A stretch of DNA of 64,000 nucleotides from Patescibacteria group bacterium (GTDB taxonomy: Bacteria; Patescibacteriota; Patescibacteriia; Patescibacteriales; UBA12465). The position numbers were made by a program, and so were the translations under genes. Positions 1 through 7,590 of this stretch are shown here, one piece after another; position 1 is the first letter of the stretch, and each line of letters begins with the position of its first letter. The stretch is from positions 286,284-350,283 of the forward strand of contig JBMNFV010000001.1 of the NCBI GenBank assembly GCA_050949505.1. The letters are read 5' to 3'. Under the pieces are notes generated by a model, which worked only from the letters and a program-made list of their open reading frames with translations, was not told the DNA's origin and ran no database searches.

Positions 1-312
1 GCGAGTGAGAAAGGCTTGATTAAACCAAATAACCTTTATAGTCTCACTATCATCGCTAATTAAGGCTTCAGTTAGATAAATACGTCGCTTAAAGCTACGC
101 TTGTTTTGAATTAGTTCAATCTGGCCAATGATATTAAAGCTTTGTCCGGCTCTAAGCTCACTAATTTTAGTTACTTGGCCAAAGTCATCGTAACGGAAAG
201 GGAAGTAATATAAAAGATCGGTGACTGTGTTAAGGTCTAAATTAGCTAAAATTTTAGCCCGAACCGCGCCAACTTGCTTAAGTTCACTAAGATGGGAGTC
301 TAGATTGATCAT
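1..312 (-). CDS. recG: ATP-dependent DNA helicase RecG, N-terminal part (continues past window start)
   Basis: Reverse translation from ATG (312..310) gives MINLDSHLSELKQVGAVRAKILANLDLNTVTDLLYYFPFRYDDF..., a typical RecG N-terminus. The frame is open to position 1. Confidence 0.65.
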   Translation of the reverse strand, partial: MINLDSHLSELKQVGAVRAKILANLDLNTVTDLLYYFPFRYDDFGQVTKISELRAGQSFNIIGQIELIQNKRSFKRRIYLTEALISDDSETIKVIWFNQAFLTR

Positions 313-351
313 AAAAAACAAAAACAAGGCTTCCCCTGTTTTTTATTAATG

Positions 352-423
352 TGCACCCACCAGGAGTCGAACCTGGATTTCAAGCTCCGCAAGCTTGCGT
401 CCTATCCATTGAACGATGGGTAC
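352..423 (-). tRNA. tRNA-Arg, anticodon GCG
   Basis: Hand-folded cloverleaf: acceptor gtaccca/tgggtgc, D arm gttc-aatggata-ggac, anticodon arm caagc-ttGCGga-gcttg, T arm ccagg-ttcgact-cctgg. No encoded CCA. Confidence 0.8.
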
Positions 424-439
424 CGCAGCTTCTAGTGTA

Positions 440-967
440 TTACAATTTTAAGAGTTTCGTCAACTGCTCGGAGAGGGGTTCATTTTTTCGCTCAAAGTCT
501 TCCTTAAGATATTGGGCGAGAAACTTTCTCACTAGAGAAGGGTCCAGGCTACGGAGGGGGAAGGAAAGACGCATTTTAGTGGAGCTTTTAAATTCAAAAT
601 AAAGACGTTTAATACTTTCTTTGGGTAAATAAAGAACACTAAAGTTTTTAAATTCTTTGTAGTAGTGGAACTTCTTGCCGACATTAATTCCTTCTGGGCC
701 GAGCTTGATTCTCACCATCATGGCCGGAGACTGTTCTTGGAAATATAAAACGGCTACAGAAATGATGATAATAACGATAAAGAGAAAATTAGAGCGCGCA
801 CCCAAGAAGACTAAGCGCCAGCCCTCAAAGGCAAATAGGCTAAAGAAAACAAAAAAAGCAGCAATAATTCCCGCGATGATATACCAATTTTTTCCTCGCT
901 CAGGGGTGCGGTATTCAGGGACCTCCCATTGAACAAAAGTGGGTAAAGTTTGATTATTTTTGGCCAT
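440..967 (-). CDS. hypothetical membrane protein (two TM helices, then a soluble C-terminal domain)
   Basis: 175 aa ORF with hydrophobic segments IIAGIIAAFFVFFSLFAF and FLFIVIIIISVAVLYF. No recognisable catalytic motif. Confidence 0.55.
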   Translation of the reverse strand: MAKNNQTLPTFVQWEVPEYRTPERGKNWYIIAGIIAAFFVFFSLFAFEGWRLVFLGARSNFLFIVIIIISVAVLYFQEQSPAMMVRIKLGPEGINVGKKFHYYKEFKNFSVLYLPKESIKRLYFEFKSSTKMRLSFPLRSLDPSLVRKFLAQYLKEDFERKNEPLSEQLTKLLKL

Positions 968-975
968 AGTTTAGA

Positions 976-1004
976 TTGACAAGCTAAGTTAGATTTTATA
1001 TAGT
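976..1004 (+). promoter_or_regulatory. sigma70-like promoter for tRNA-Ser(GCT)
   Basis: TTGACA (976..981), 17 nt spacer, TATAGT (999..1004), 35 nt upstream of the tRNA. Confidence 0.45.
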
Positions 1005-1038
1005 GATTATACCATAAAAGTTAAATATAATAAACAGA

Positions 1039-1132
1039 GGAGAGGTGGCTGAGTGGTTGAAAGCGGCACACTGCTAATGTGTTATGCGGGCGTATACCCG
1101 CATCCGGGGTTCGAATCCCCGTCTCTCCGCCA
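1039..1132 (+). tRNA. tRNA-Ser, anticodon GCT, long variable arm, CCA encoded
   Basis: Acceptor ggagagg/tctctcc, anticodon arm gcaca-ctGCTaa-tgtgt, variable arm tgcggg-cgtata-cccgca, T arm cgggg-ttcgaat-ccccg, 3' gcca. Confidence 0.85.
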
Positions 1133-1150
1133 AGGTCTATCCCCTGAAAA

Positions 1151-1175
1151 GTAGGCATAAGTTGCCTGCTTTTTT
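1151..1175 (+). terminator. intrinsic terminator after tRNA-Ser(GCT)
   Basis: Hairpin gtaggca-taagt-tgcctgc followed by a T6 run. Confidence 0.5.
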
Positions 1176-1317
1176 GTGGACAAAAGAAGGTGTAGTAAAA
1201 AATAATAATAATTAGCCTTTAAGTTGGGTGAGGTATTATGAGTGGGAGGTCTCAGCTATTATTCTCTTGAAAGGATTGTGATATAATAGATACATTAATT
1301 ATTAAACAGTTAAATAT

Positions 1318-1587
1318 ATGAAAATTATTAAATTTGGCGCCGAATGGTGCCCTGGATGTTTAGTTATGAAGCCTCGCTGGGAAGAATTAGAGACAGAGCT
1401 TGCTTGGTTGGAAACTGAGTATTATGACTTTGATAAAGATAAGGAGGAAGTTAATGAGTATCAAATTAATTCAGTGTTGCCAGTGGCGATCTTTTTAGAT
1501 AAAGAAGGGAAGGAGTTGTTGCGACTCAATGGTGAGCAGAGCAAAAAGAAGTTAATAGAGACAATTAATGAGTATAAAGACTTGTAA
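1318..1587 (+). CDS. small thioredoxin-fold protein
   Basis: 89 aa with a WCPGC active-site motif near the N-terminus. Confidence 0.7.
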   Translation: MKIIKFGAEWCPGCLVMKPRWEELETELAWLETEYYDFDKDKEEVNEYQINSVLPVAIFLDKEGKELLRLNGEQSKKKLIETINEYKDL

Positions 1588-1589
1588 TT

Positions 1590-2849
1590 ATGAGGTTTAA
1601 TTTAAATAAATTAAACAAATTATTATTAGTGCTTTTAATGACTGCTGGGCTGTTTTTGTTGACTAAGCCTAGTCTAGCTCAAGAAAAAACTTTAACTGGC
1701 TATTTCTTCTATGGCACTGGCTGTCCGCACTGTGATCAGGAGCAACGGTTTTTTGATCAGGTACTGCTGAAAGAATATCCAAATTTAGAGATCAAGAAAT
1801 ATGAGATCTATAATAATCGGAGTAATGTTAATTTCTTGCAAAAAGTTGCTCAAGAGCTAGGAATTAGAGTTGATGGTGTCCCTTTATTCATTGTTGGTGA
1901 TCAGCACTTTGTTGGCTACACTGAAGGCGTCACTTCACGAGAAATAGAGGAACGAGTGGCAGAATGCCTAAAGTTAGGTTGCTTTGACTCAATAGCAAGA
2001 ATTCTTGAGACTGAAAGTGAGCTGCCAGATAAAGAGCCAATAAGTCCCCCGGCACAAAGCTTAGACCAAGAAGAGAGTCAGTCGCACAAGCAGACTGAAG
2101 AGAAACTAATTAAATTACCAGTTCTAGGAGAAGTTAATGCCCTTAGTTTTTCTTTGCCAGTGCTAACTATTATTATCGGCGCCTTAGATGGATTTAATCC
2201 CTGTGCCATGTGGGTCTTGTTGTTTTTGATTAGTTTGCTTTTGGGAATGAAAGATAGGCGGAGAATGTGGATACTCGGGCTAACCTTTATTATCGCCTCA
2301 GCTTTAGTCTATTTTATTTTTATGGCAGCCTGGCTGAATTTAATACTTTTCTTAGGAATGGTAACTTGGGTTAGAGCGCTTATTGGGGTAGTTGCTTTAG
2401 CGGGCGGAGTCTATAGTCTTAAAGACTTTATGTTTAGCAAGGATAGTGGCTGTGAGGTAGCTGATGGAGAAAAGCGACAGAGAGTATTTGAAAGGCTAAA
2501 GACAGCGGTGAAGCGCAATAGCTTGTGGCTCGCCTTAGGGGGAATTATTGTTTTGGCTTTTGCGGTTAATTTAGTGGAGCTCATTTGCTCAGCGGGCTTT
2601 CCAGCGGTCTACACCCAGGTCCTAGCCTTAAATGAGATGGCCACTTGGCGATATTATCTCTATCTCCTGCTTTACATCTTCTTCTTCATGTTAGATGACT
2701 TAGTTATATTTCTAATTGCTATGGCCACCTTGAAACTTACAGGAATTACTACTAAATATACGAAAATATCGCGACTAGTGGGAGGCATTCTAATGTTAAT
2801 TATCGGTCTGCTATTAATCTTTAAGCCCGCCTGGTTAATGTTTGGTTAA
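1590..2849 (+). CDS. exported thioredoxin/glutaredoxin-like domain fused to a multi-pass membrane domain with conserved Cys (DsbD/CcdA-like electron transfer role suspected)
   Basis: Signal/anchor, CPHC motif (GTGCPHCDQE), acidic linker, then about 6 TM helices carrying FNPCAMW and ELICSAGFP motifs. The start lies 3 nt after the upstream stop. Confidence 0.5.
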   Translation: MRFNLNKLNKLLLVLLMTAGLFLLTKPSLAQEKTLTGYFFYGTGCPHCDQEQRFFDQVLLKEYPNLEIKKYEIYNNRSNVNFLQKVAQELGIRVDGVPLFIVGDQHFVGYTEGVTSREIEERVAECLKLGCFDSIARILETESELPDKEPISPPAQSLDQEESQSHKQTEEKLIKLPVLGEVNALSFSLPVLTIIIGALDGFNPCAMWVLLFLISLLLGMKDRRRMWILGLTFIIASALVYFIFMAAWLNLILFLGMVTWVRALIGVVALAGGVYSLKDFMFSKDSGCEVADGEKRQRVFERLKTAVKRNSLWLALGGIIVLAFAVNLVELICSAGFPAVYTQVLALNEMATWRYYLYLLLYIFFFMLDDLVIFLIAMATLKLTGITTKYTKISRLVGGILMLIIGLLLIFKPAWLMFG

Positions 2850-3002
2850 AATAATTAAGTGATAGGTAGCAGAAATTGATTGGTTGAAAATAGTTATTTA
2901 TATAGGAAGGAAGTTGATGAGAAAGGAAAGATTGAGTTGGTTAAAAGGAATAAGAGAATAATAAACTAGGTGCTTGATGAGCACCTAGTTTATTATCTAG
3001 CT

Positions 3003-3031
3003 CTGACAGTCAGAAATAATTGTGTTATAAT
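3003..3031 (+). promoter_or_regulatory. promoter with extended -10, placing the TSS at or next to the ATG (leaderless mRNA candidate)
   Basis: CTGACA (3003..3008), 17 nt spacer, TGtTATAAT (3023..3031). The ATG at 3038 is 7 nt after the -10 and has no SD. Confidence 0.4.
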
Positions 3032-3037
3032 ATCAGC

Positions 3038-4441
3038 ATGAAACATCAAGTTAAAATAACTTTTCTGGGAGCGGCTGGCGGAGTGACTGGCTCTAAACAT
3101 TTGTTGCAACTGGGAAAGAAAAAGATTCTTTTAGACTGTGGCTTCTTCCAAGGACGTCGCCTAGACGCTTACCGAGCTAATTCAGTTTTACCGCCAGAGC
3201 TTAATCACCTAGAGGCGGTTATTTTGTCACACGCTCACGCGGATCATTGTTGCTCTTTGCCCTTGTTAGTTAAAAATGGCTACCGAGGACCTATTTACAC
3301 CACTCCGGCGACTGCTGATATTGCTCGGTTAATTATGTTAGATGCGGCTAAAATTCAGGCTAATGACTATGAATATTTTAGAAAGATTGGGGTAACTGAG
3401 GCCTTAAAGCCAATCTTTGACGAGCAAGATGTTAATCTAGTTTGCCAACTATTTAAAACAATTCCTTATCATTATCCGCAAAAGATTAATCCTAATTTAA
3501 CGATTGAGTTTTTTGATGCCGGTCATATTCTTGGTTCGGCAATTACGGCGATTAGATATTATGACCAAACCCTGCTATATACTGGCGACCTTGGTAATTT
3601 GGATTTACCGATTTTACCGGACCCCGAGTTAGTGACGGAGGAAATTAATACGGTAATTTGTGAGTCCACTTATGGCGATAGAGAGCATCTGCCTACCAGT
3701 CAGACTTATCAGGAGATAAAAAAGATTGTCATTGAGGCAGTTAACAAAAAGAGCCGAGTCTTGGTACCCGCCTTTGCCTTAGGGCGAACTCAAAACCTAA
3801 TTTACATTCTTCACAAGCTATATCGCGATGGAGAAATTCCTGATATTCCGGTTTATGTTGATAGTCCCTTAGGAAATAGTATTACCAGCCTATTTGATAA
3901 ATATATTAATGACTTTGATCAAGAGTCTTGGCAGGAGTTCCTTAAAGACGGTCAGTCACCTTTTTCCTTTAGAAAGCTACACTATGTTAGTACGGTGGCG
4001 GAGTCTAGGAGTCTCAATGATAAGCCAGGTCCGCTAATCATTATCGCCTCCTCTGGCATGTTAGAGGGTGGTCGGGTCGTCCATCATCTTAAGCAGGACA
4101 TTACTAACCCTCGTTCAACTATAGTTCTAACTGGTTTTCAGGCGGAGCATACTTTAGGAAGAAGATTAGAGTCTGGACAGAAGACGGTTAAGTTTCATGA
4201 AGAAGAATTTACGGTTAAAGCGCAGATAGTGAAACTAAATACTCTCAGTGCTCATGCTGATCAAAAAAATATCCTTAACTACCTATCTCAAGTGAAGGGT
4301 CTTAAAAACATTTTTCTAGTTCACGGTGAGCCGCAGTCAGCTAGAACGTTAGCTGAGAAGTTAAGGAGTCAAAATCCGGAAGTGGCGGTTAAAATCCCTT
4401 ATTTAGGAGAAAGTGTTCAGCTTGATTGGGAAAACAATTGA
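3038..4441 (+). CDS. MBL-fold metallo-hydrolase of the beta-CASP family (RNase J/CPSF-like ribonuclease)
   Basis: HAHADHC metal motif, MKHQVKITFLGAAGGVTGS N-terminus, C-terminal SAHAD and VHGE motifs. I prefer ATG 3038 to the upstream non-ATG start at 3020. Confidence 0.8.
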   Translation: MKHQVKITFLGAAGGVTGSKHLLQLGKKKILLDCGFFQGRRLDAYRANSVLPPELNHLEAVILSHAHADHCCSLPLLVKNGYRGPIYTTPATADIARLIMLDAAKIQANDYEYFRKIGVTEALKPIFDEQDVNLVCQLFKTIPYHYPQKINPNLTIEFFDAGHILGSAITAIRYYDQTLLYTGDLGNLDLPILPDPELVTEEINTVICESTYGDREHLPTSQTYQEIKKIVIEAVNKKSRVLVPAFALGRTQNLIYILHKLYRDGEIPDIPVYVDSPLGNSITSLFDKYINDFDQESWQEFLKDGQSPFSFRKLHYVSTVAESRSLNDKPGPLIIIASSGMLEGGRVVHHLKQDITNPRSTIVLTGFQAEHTLGRRLESGQKTVKFHEEEFTVKAQIVKLNTLSAHADQKNILNYLSQVKGLKNIFLVHGEPQSARTLAEKLRSQNPEVAVKIPYLGESVQLDWENN

Positions 4442-4496
4442 CCAAAGAGAAGGGAGGTGATAGGTTTAATTTAAACAGTCTTTTTAGTTTAAATAT

Positions 4497-6155
4497 ATGG
4501 ACAAAGAAAGAATCTTAATTGCCGCTGCTTGGCCTTATGCCAATGGCTCCTTGCACTTAGGGCATGTGGCTGGCTTAATCGGCGCCGATATCCTAGCGCG
4601 CTATTATCGCCTAGCCGGACATCAGGTGCTGTATGTTTCTGGGAGTGATTGTCATGGCACCCCAATAGTATTAGAAGCGGAGCGCTTGAAGATAGCGCCA
4701 CAAGCGGTGGCGGAAAAATATCATACAGAATTTACCGAGACTCTGATCAGGGGTTTGCATTTTTCTTATGATAACTACACCACCACACTAACCGCTAATC
4801 ATCAGGAAGTAGTTCAAGACCTATTTCTCAAACTACATCAAAATGGGGATATTTACACCAAAACTGAAGAACTCCCCTATTGCCCCACTTGTCAGCGGTT
4901 TTTGCCTGATAGATATATAGAAGGAGAATGCCCACTTTGTCATTTCGCTGCTGCCCGAGGGGACCAATGTGACCATTGCGGCAATTTAATGGAGGCCAGA
5001 AAGCTAATTAATCCTCATTGCAAGACTTGTGGTAGTCAGCCAGAGTGGCGAGAGTCTGAGCACTTCTTTTTGAAATTAAGTGCCTTTGAAGATCGTTTAA
5101 AGAAGTGGGTCGCCGCGAGCACCGGTTGGCGCTTAAATGCCAAGAACTTTACCACCAAATTTTTAGAACAAGGCTTGCTAGATAGAGCCATTACCCGGGA
5201 CACCGAGTGGGGAATACCAGTACCGTTGCCTGGCTATGAGGGGAAGCGAATTTATGTTTGGTTTGAAGCAGTGGCTGGCTATCTGTCAGCTAGTATAGAG
5301 TGGGCTAAGAAACAAGGACAAGCTGAGGCTTGGCGCGATTTCTGGCAAACAGACCAGGCGCGACACTATTATATTCACGGCAAAGATAATATTCCTTTTC
5401 ACTCAATTATTTGGCCCGCTATTTTATTAGGGCAAGGAGACTTGCATCTACCAGATAGGATCATTTCCTCAGAGTATTTAACTTTAGAGAGGCAACAGTT
5501 TTCTAAAAGTCGTCGTCACGCGGTATGGCTACCAGACTTTTTAGCTAAATTTGATTATGAAACCCTCCGCTATTATTTAATCGCTAATGGAGCGGAGACT
5601 TCAGATGCTGATTTTTCTTGGCCAGAATTTGCTCAGCGGATTAATAGTGAGCTAATTGGCACTTTGGGTAATTTTGTCTATCGCTCACTCTCTTTTATTG
5701 AAAAGAATTTTCCCAAAGGGGTTCGCTTGCCTAATGAGCTAGAGCCTGCAGCCCAAGAATTTATCAAACTCACTCAAGAAACCTTTGCTAGCACTGGGCA
5801 AGCTATTGCCGCGGGACATTTTCGGGAAGCCTTACGACAGGTCTTTAAGCTAACCGAAGCCGGGAACAAGTATATTAATGACCAGGCACCTTGGAAAACA
5901 ATTAAAACTAATCCAGAGCAAGCGGAGACAGACTTAGCGGTGGTAGGACAAGCCATTGGAGCCCTATCTAGCCTAATTGCCCCATTCTTACCGAGCACGG
6001 CCGAGAAGATTGCTAGATCCTTGGGCCTAGAGCTAAAGTCTTTGCAATGGGAGTACCATCCTCTAAAAGAGGTTAAAGTATATCAACCCAAGGTTTTGTA
6101 TCAACGCCTAGAACCAGAAGTGATTGCTAAGCAGGAAGAATTGCTGCAGAAATAA
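4497..6155 (+). CDS. metG: methionine--tRNA ligase
   Basis: PYANGSLHLGH (HIGH region), four-Cys zinc knuckles (CPTC...CPLC, CDHC...CKTC), FSKSRRH (KMSKS-like). Confidence 0.92.
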   Translation: MDKERILIAAAWPYANGSLHLGHVAGLIGADILARYYRLAGHQVLYVSGSDCHGTPIVLEAERLKIAPQAVAEKYHTEFTETLIRGLHFSYDNYTTTLTANHQEVVQDLFLKLHQNGDIYTKTEELPYCPTCQRFLPDRYIEGECPLCHFAAARGDQCDHCGNLMEARKLINPHCKTCGSQPEWRESEHFFLKLSAFEDRLKKWVAASTGWRLNAKNFTTKFLEQGLLDRAITRDTEWGIPVPLPGYEGKRIYVWFEAVAGYLSASIEWAKKQGQAEAWRDFWQTDQARHYYIHGKDNIPFHSIIWPAILLGQGDLHLPDRIISSEYLTLERQQFSKSRRHAVWLPDFLAKFDYETLRYYLIANGAETSDADFSWPEFAQRINSELIGTLGNFVYRSLSFIEKNFPKGVRLPNELEPAAQEFIKLTQETFASTGQAIAAGHFREALRQVFKLTEAGNKYINDQAPWKTIKTNPEQAETDLAVVGQAIGALSSLIAPFLPSTAEKIARSLGLELKSLQWEYHPLKEVKVYQPKVLYQRLEPEVIAKQEELLQK

Positions 6156-6175
6156 TTGGGCTATTAATTAAAATT

Positions 6176-6206
6176 AGCTAAACTAAGCCAATAGTTTAGC
6201 TTTTTT
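6176..6206 (+). terminator. intrinsic terminator after metG
   Basis: agctaaact-aagccaat-agtttagct hairpin followed by a T run. Confidence 0.6.
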
Positions 6207-6207
6207 A

Positions 6208-6236
6208 TTGACAAACATAACTTTATTTGTTATTAT
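6208..6236 (+). promoter_or_regulatory. sigma70-like promoter
   Basis: TTGACA (6208..6213), 17 nt spacer, TATTAT (6231..6236). Confidence 0.45.
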
Positions 6237-6283
6237 AGACTACGATAATCTAGTTATTTAACAATTTTAAAAAAACAAAAAGA

Positions 6284-6952
6284 ATGGAAAAAATTATTAA
6301 TTTTCAGGCAGGAAGTGGTAAAAGTTTTATGTATTCATTGAATCAGTTGATTAGTATGAAGCAGGCTGGCTTTAATTCCATTTCCTATGTGAGAATAGGG
6401 GAAGAACTGCACTCTACTGATATGAGTGGACCAGATTTGGTGAGGAGTGCGAAGTATGCTTTGATTAACTCCCATTCAGAAATGGGGATATTCTTAGACC
6501 TCAGATTAGTGGGGGGCAAGAAGGAAGTGGATAGAATATTAAAAAAATATTTTGCTCCGGATATGTTGTCAGTTTCTTCGTTATGCAGTGTAGAGACGGT
6601 GCGATATATTCGTCGTCTACTACCAATGACCAAATTAGTAATGGTTGGCATGTTGCCAGATATTACGGATCAGGAAAGCGTTTTACGCTTTGACCTGTTG
6701 CCGGAAGAGAGGATGCTGCTAGAGTACAAGGCCTTTAAAAGGCTTTATGCTCAAGAGAAAGAAGTTAATCCCGAACCATTTGACTTGATCATGTGTTCTA
6801 GTCGGCAGGCTAGATACCTGCAAGACAACATTGACTCTTGTGAGTTGATGGTGGTGGGAAGGACTCCAGAAAATAACAACTCTGGTTATCAGCTGATAAC
6901 CATGGGGCAGTTGATAGAGATACACAAATCAAAAACGGGAGTTTTAGTTTAA
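6284..6952 (+). CDS. hypothetical protein
   Basis: 222 aa ORF bracketed by its own promoter and terminator. It only vaguely resembles a TIM-barrel decarboxylase pattern (IFLDLRL), which is not enough to name it. Confidence 0.5.
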   Translation: MEKIINFQAGSGKSFMYSLNQLISMKQAGFNSISYVRIGEELHSTDMSGPDLVRSAKYALINSHSEMGIFLDLRLVGGKKEVDRILKKYFAPDMLSVSSLCSVETVRYIRRLLPMTKLVMVGMLPDITDQESVLRFDLLPEERMLLEYKAFKRLYAQEKEVNPEPFDLIMCSSRQARYLQDNIDSCELMVVGRTPENNNSGYQLITMGQLIEIHKSKTGVLV

Positions 6953-6967
6953 CTCCTAGTATAGTAT

Positions 6968-6994
6968 AAAAGCGTTAGTAATAACGCTTTTTTT
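6968..6994 (+). terminator. intrinsic terminator
   Basis: aaaagcgtta-gtaa-taacgctttt hairpin plus a T run. Confidence 0.6.
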
Positions 6995-7023
6995 AATAGC
7001 TCTAGTTATGGTACAATAAGATT

Positions 7024-7557
7024 ATGACTTGGCAATATTTAAAGTTTATTTTAGTTGCTCCGGGAATAGTGGTTCATGAGTTAGCGCACGTCTTTTTTTG
7101 TTTATTATTTAGAGTGAGGATTCATCGGATTAGCTTGTTGCGTTATGACAAGGTAGCCGGCTTTGTTATTCATGATGAGCCAAGACGATTCTTTCCCGCT
7201 TTATTTATCTCTCTAGGGCCATTGATTATCAATTCACTGCTAGCTATCTGGCTATTTTCTTTAATTAGCCAACCCTATTCAGCCCTAAGTATATTATTCT
7301 TGTGGTTAGGAATAGTCTTGGGACTGCAAGCGATTCCGTCTACGGGTGATGCTAGGGCTTTGTTTAATAATGCTAAGCATAATATCCTGCGTAATCCCTT
7401 AGTTATTTTGTTTTTTCCAGTGGTCCTAGTTATTTATTTGCTAAACATTCTCAAGCAGGTTTATATTCACTTCATCTACGTAATCTTTTTATTAGCCCTA
7501 TCACCTTACTTTAATCAAGCTTTAGAATGGCTAGAAACGCTTATTAAAGCTAATTAA
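7024..7557 (+). CDS. putative membrane zinc metalloprotease (HExxH, DUF3267-like)
   Basis: VVHELAHVFF motif at the N-terminus, followed by about 4 TM helices. Confidence 0.5.
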   Translation: MTWQYLKFILVAPGIVVHELAHVFFCLLFRVRIHRISLLRYDKVAGFVIHDEPRRFFPALFISLGPLIINSLLAIWLFSLISQPYSALSILFLWLGIVLGLQAIPSTGDARALFNNAKHNILRNPLVILFFPVVLVIYLLNILKQVYIHFIYVIFLLALSPYFNQALEWLETLIKAN

Positions 7558-7561
7558 TTTT

Positions 7562-7590
7562 TTGACAATTTGCTTCAAGTTTATTATAGT
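7562..7590 (+). promoter_or_regulatory. sigma70-like promoter for tRNA-Ser(TGA)
   Basis: TTGACA (7562..7567), 17 nt spacer, TATAGT (7585..7590), 14 nt upstream of the tRNA. Confidence 0.5.

Noticed and set aside
351-602. 83 aa plus-strand ORF
   Set aside because: It starts on top of the antisense tRNA-Arg and overlaps the better-supported minus-strand membrane protein gene, so it is a shadow ORF.
3020-3037. Upstream alternative start (MCYNIS...) for the beta-CASP gene
   Set aside because: It is a non-ATG start that lies on top of the predicted -10 element. ATG 3038 gives the family-typical N-terminus.
6284-6952. Possible orotidine-5'-phosphate decarboxylase-like protein
   Set aside because: Only a loose IFLDLRL resemblance to the FLDxKxxDIP motif; the catalytic Lys/Asp pattern is absent. 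Left as hypothetical.
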